From a virus: a DNA stretch of 31,769 nt. A program made the translations under genes and the position numbers. Every line of letters starts with the position of its first letter. The first letter of the stretch is position 1. Of the stretch, positions 30,425 to 31,769 are shown in pieces. The stretch is taken from the IMG/VR virus record IMGVR_UViG_3300029703_000022; one strand, 5' to 3'. The notes under the pieces are model-generated. The model searched no databases. It worked only from the letters and a program-made list of their open reading frames with translations, and had not been told where the DNA came from.

Positions 30425-31234
30425 ATGAACAACAATCTTGCAAAAATCGATCAGTTTAAAGGCGTGCTGAACAGTCAGACCATACGCGCCCAGTTGAAGA
30501 ACAGTCTGAAGGACAAAGCGGGGCAGTTTATGAGCAGCATGATCGACCTGTATTCCGGCGAAACGGCGCTCCAGAACTGTGACCCGGAAAAGGTGGCGCT
30601 GGAATGTGTCAAAGCAGCCGCGCTTGACCTGCCGCTTGTGAAATCTCTCGGCTATGCGTATGTTGTGCCGTACAAAAATGTGCCGACCTTTACGATCGGA
30701 TACAAGGGCCTCGTACAGCTTGCGCAGCGCACAGGGCAATATAAGATCATCAACGCCGATATGGTATACGAAGGCGAGCTTCGCGGCTTTGATAAACTCT
30801 CCGGTATCCCGGATGTTTCGGGCGAACGCATATCCGATACCGTGGTCGGTTATTTTGCGTATTTTAAGCTGCTCAACGGTCATGAGCATGTTTATTACAT
30901 GTCCAAGCCGGACATGGAGGCATATGCGAGCCATTATTCGCCGAGCTATAACTCCAATTCGAGCCCTTGGAAAAAAGAGTTTGACAAAATGGCGATGAAA
31001 ACCGTCCTGCGCCAGCTCCTCAGCAAGTGGGGCCCGACCTCGACAGAAATGCAGAAGGTCGAAGCGCTTGACGATAAGGGCAAAACGCCGGTACAGGAGA
31101 TGCAGGAAAAGGCAAACAAAACAATGATAGACATACAGGTCGACGAGAGCACCGGCGAAGTGATGAACCCAGAGGCGTTGCCGGTGCCCGAAGAATCCAT
31201 GCCGGAAGAGGCACCGTTCGTGCCCGGGTTTTAA
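30425..31234 (+). CDS. recT: RecT-family single-strand annealing recombinase
   Basis: MSSMIDLYSGETALQNCDPEKVALECVKAAALDLPL...GYAYVVPYKN...IGYKGLVQLAQRTGQYK. Confidence 0.88.
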   Translation: MNNNLAKIDQFKGVLNSQTIRAQLKNSLKDKAGQFMSSMIDLYSGETALQNCDPEKVALECVKAAALDLPLVKSLGYAYVVPYKNVPTFTIGYKGLVQLAQRTGQYKIINADMVYEGELRGFDKLSGIPDVSGERISDTVVGYFAYFKLLNGHEHVYYMSKPDMEAYASHYSPSYNSNSSPWKKEFDKMAMKTVLRQLLSKWGPTSTEMQKVEALDDKGKTPVQEMQEKANKTMIDIQVDESTGEVMNPEALPVPEESMPEEAPFVPGF

Positions 31235-31769
31235 TTGGTCTCGGTCAAATGCCTGGCATCCGGCAGCGCAGGAAACAGCTACGCCGTGGACGATGGAAAA
31301 AGCGTCCTGCTGCTGGAGGCCGGCATCAGAAAAAGGACGATACTCGCGGGGTATATGGACTTGCTTATGCGTGTGCAGGGGTGCCTTATCACACACGAGC
31401 ACCAAGACCACGCCAAAGCGGCGCTTGGCCTGCCGATGGCGGGCATCGATGTTTACGCGTCGGGAGGGACGTTTTCCGCGCTGAACGCCGAGAAAGACCG
31501 CCGAAACTACCGCTTACACAGTATCAAAGCGGGTGAGCAGTTTACACTCGGCACGTGGACGGTGCTGCCGTGGGAAGCGCAGCATGATGCTGCGGAGCCG
31601 CTGGGTTTCCTCCTGTACTCGAAAGAGACGAGGGACAAGCTGATCTTCGCGACAGATACTTACTTTATTCCGAATACATTTCGCGGTCTGACCTATATCA
31701 TGGTCGAATGCAATTACGACCGAACATTGTTAGACCGCAATATCAGCGCTGGGTCTGTGCCGGAGTCTC
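31235..31769 (+). CDS. MBL-fold metallo-hydrolase (probable nuclease partner of RecT), N-terminal part; continues at 100-281
   Basis: TTG directly after the recT stop. Contains LASGSAGNSYAV...LLLEAG and ITHEHQDH (HxHxDH). The frame runs off the window end and into 1-281. Confidence 0.8.
   Translation, partial: MVSVKCLASGSAGNSYAVDDGKSVLLLEAGIRKRTILAGYMDLLMRVQGCLITHEHQDHAKAALGLPMAGIDVYASGGTFSALNAEKDRRNYRLHSIKAGEQFTLGTWTVLPWEAQHDAAEPLGFLLYSKETRDKLIFATDTYFIPNTFRGLTYIMVECNYDRTLLDRNISAGSVPES
31671..31769 (+). repeat. Terminal direct repeat, copy 2 (identical to 1-99)
   Basis: Exact 99-nt identity with the window start. Confidence 0.95.

Larger units (their letters stand above)
1..31769. mobile_element. 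Complete temperate phage genome (HK97-like head, long non-contractile tail), circularly closed; unique length 31670 bp
   Basis: Integrase, attP and a CI-like repressor are present, plus HNH/TerS/TerL packaging, portal, protease, HK97-type capsid, tail and lysis genes. Bases 1-99 are identical to 31671-31769. Confidence 0.9.

Overview
This window is a complete, circularly closed genome of a temperate HK97-like siphovirus-type phage. About 31.67 kb is unique, because bases 1-99 are identical to 31671-31769. The host is probably a Clostridia-class Firmicute, judged from strong GGAGG ribosome-binding sites, ChW-like wall-binding repeats in the endolysin, and an attP carrying a tRNA 3' end. Order on the + strand around the circle: early promoter PR (25788-25816), small early ORFs, an octapeptide-repeat solenoid-like protein, then a Rad50/SbcC-like ATPase, RecT and an MBL-fold hydrolase (split by the contig ends). 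Next come a DUF4373-type replisome organizer with internal iterons (candidate ori), RusA, a run of small Cys-rich ORFs that includes a low-GC insert, a putative late regulator and an intrinsic terminator. After that there is one uninterrupted late operon at 3846-22426. It encodes a methyltransferase, HNH, TerS, TerL, portal, protease, capsid, connectors, major tail, G/GT chaperone with an A9 slippery run, tape measure, Dit, Tal, a BppU-type fibre, an XhlA-like protein, a holin, a collagen-like fibre gene broken by a frame change, and an amidase endolysin. The attP region follows: a tRNA 3' fragment flanked by GTGTTGCAT arm repeats. On the - strand lie the integrase, a membrane-anchored HTH protein, an orphan 97-aa gene and a CI-like repressor. 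I saw no rRNA, complete tRNA, CRISPR array, transposase or reverse transcriptase. The items most worth a second look are: the early octapeptide-repeat protein (27193-27996); the frame-broken collagen-like fibre inside the lysis cassette (20027-21483); a small hydrophobic peptide ORF covered by a convergent, separately promoted membrane-protein transcript (26075-26535); the integrase-proximal accessory cassette (24140-25089); a candidate small RNA next to attP (22592-22757); and the iteron array inside the replication gene (722-798). All family assignments come from motif recognition by eye. No database search or computation was possible.
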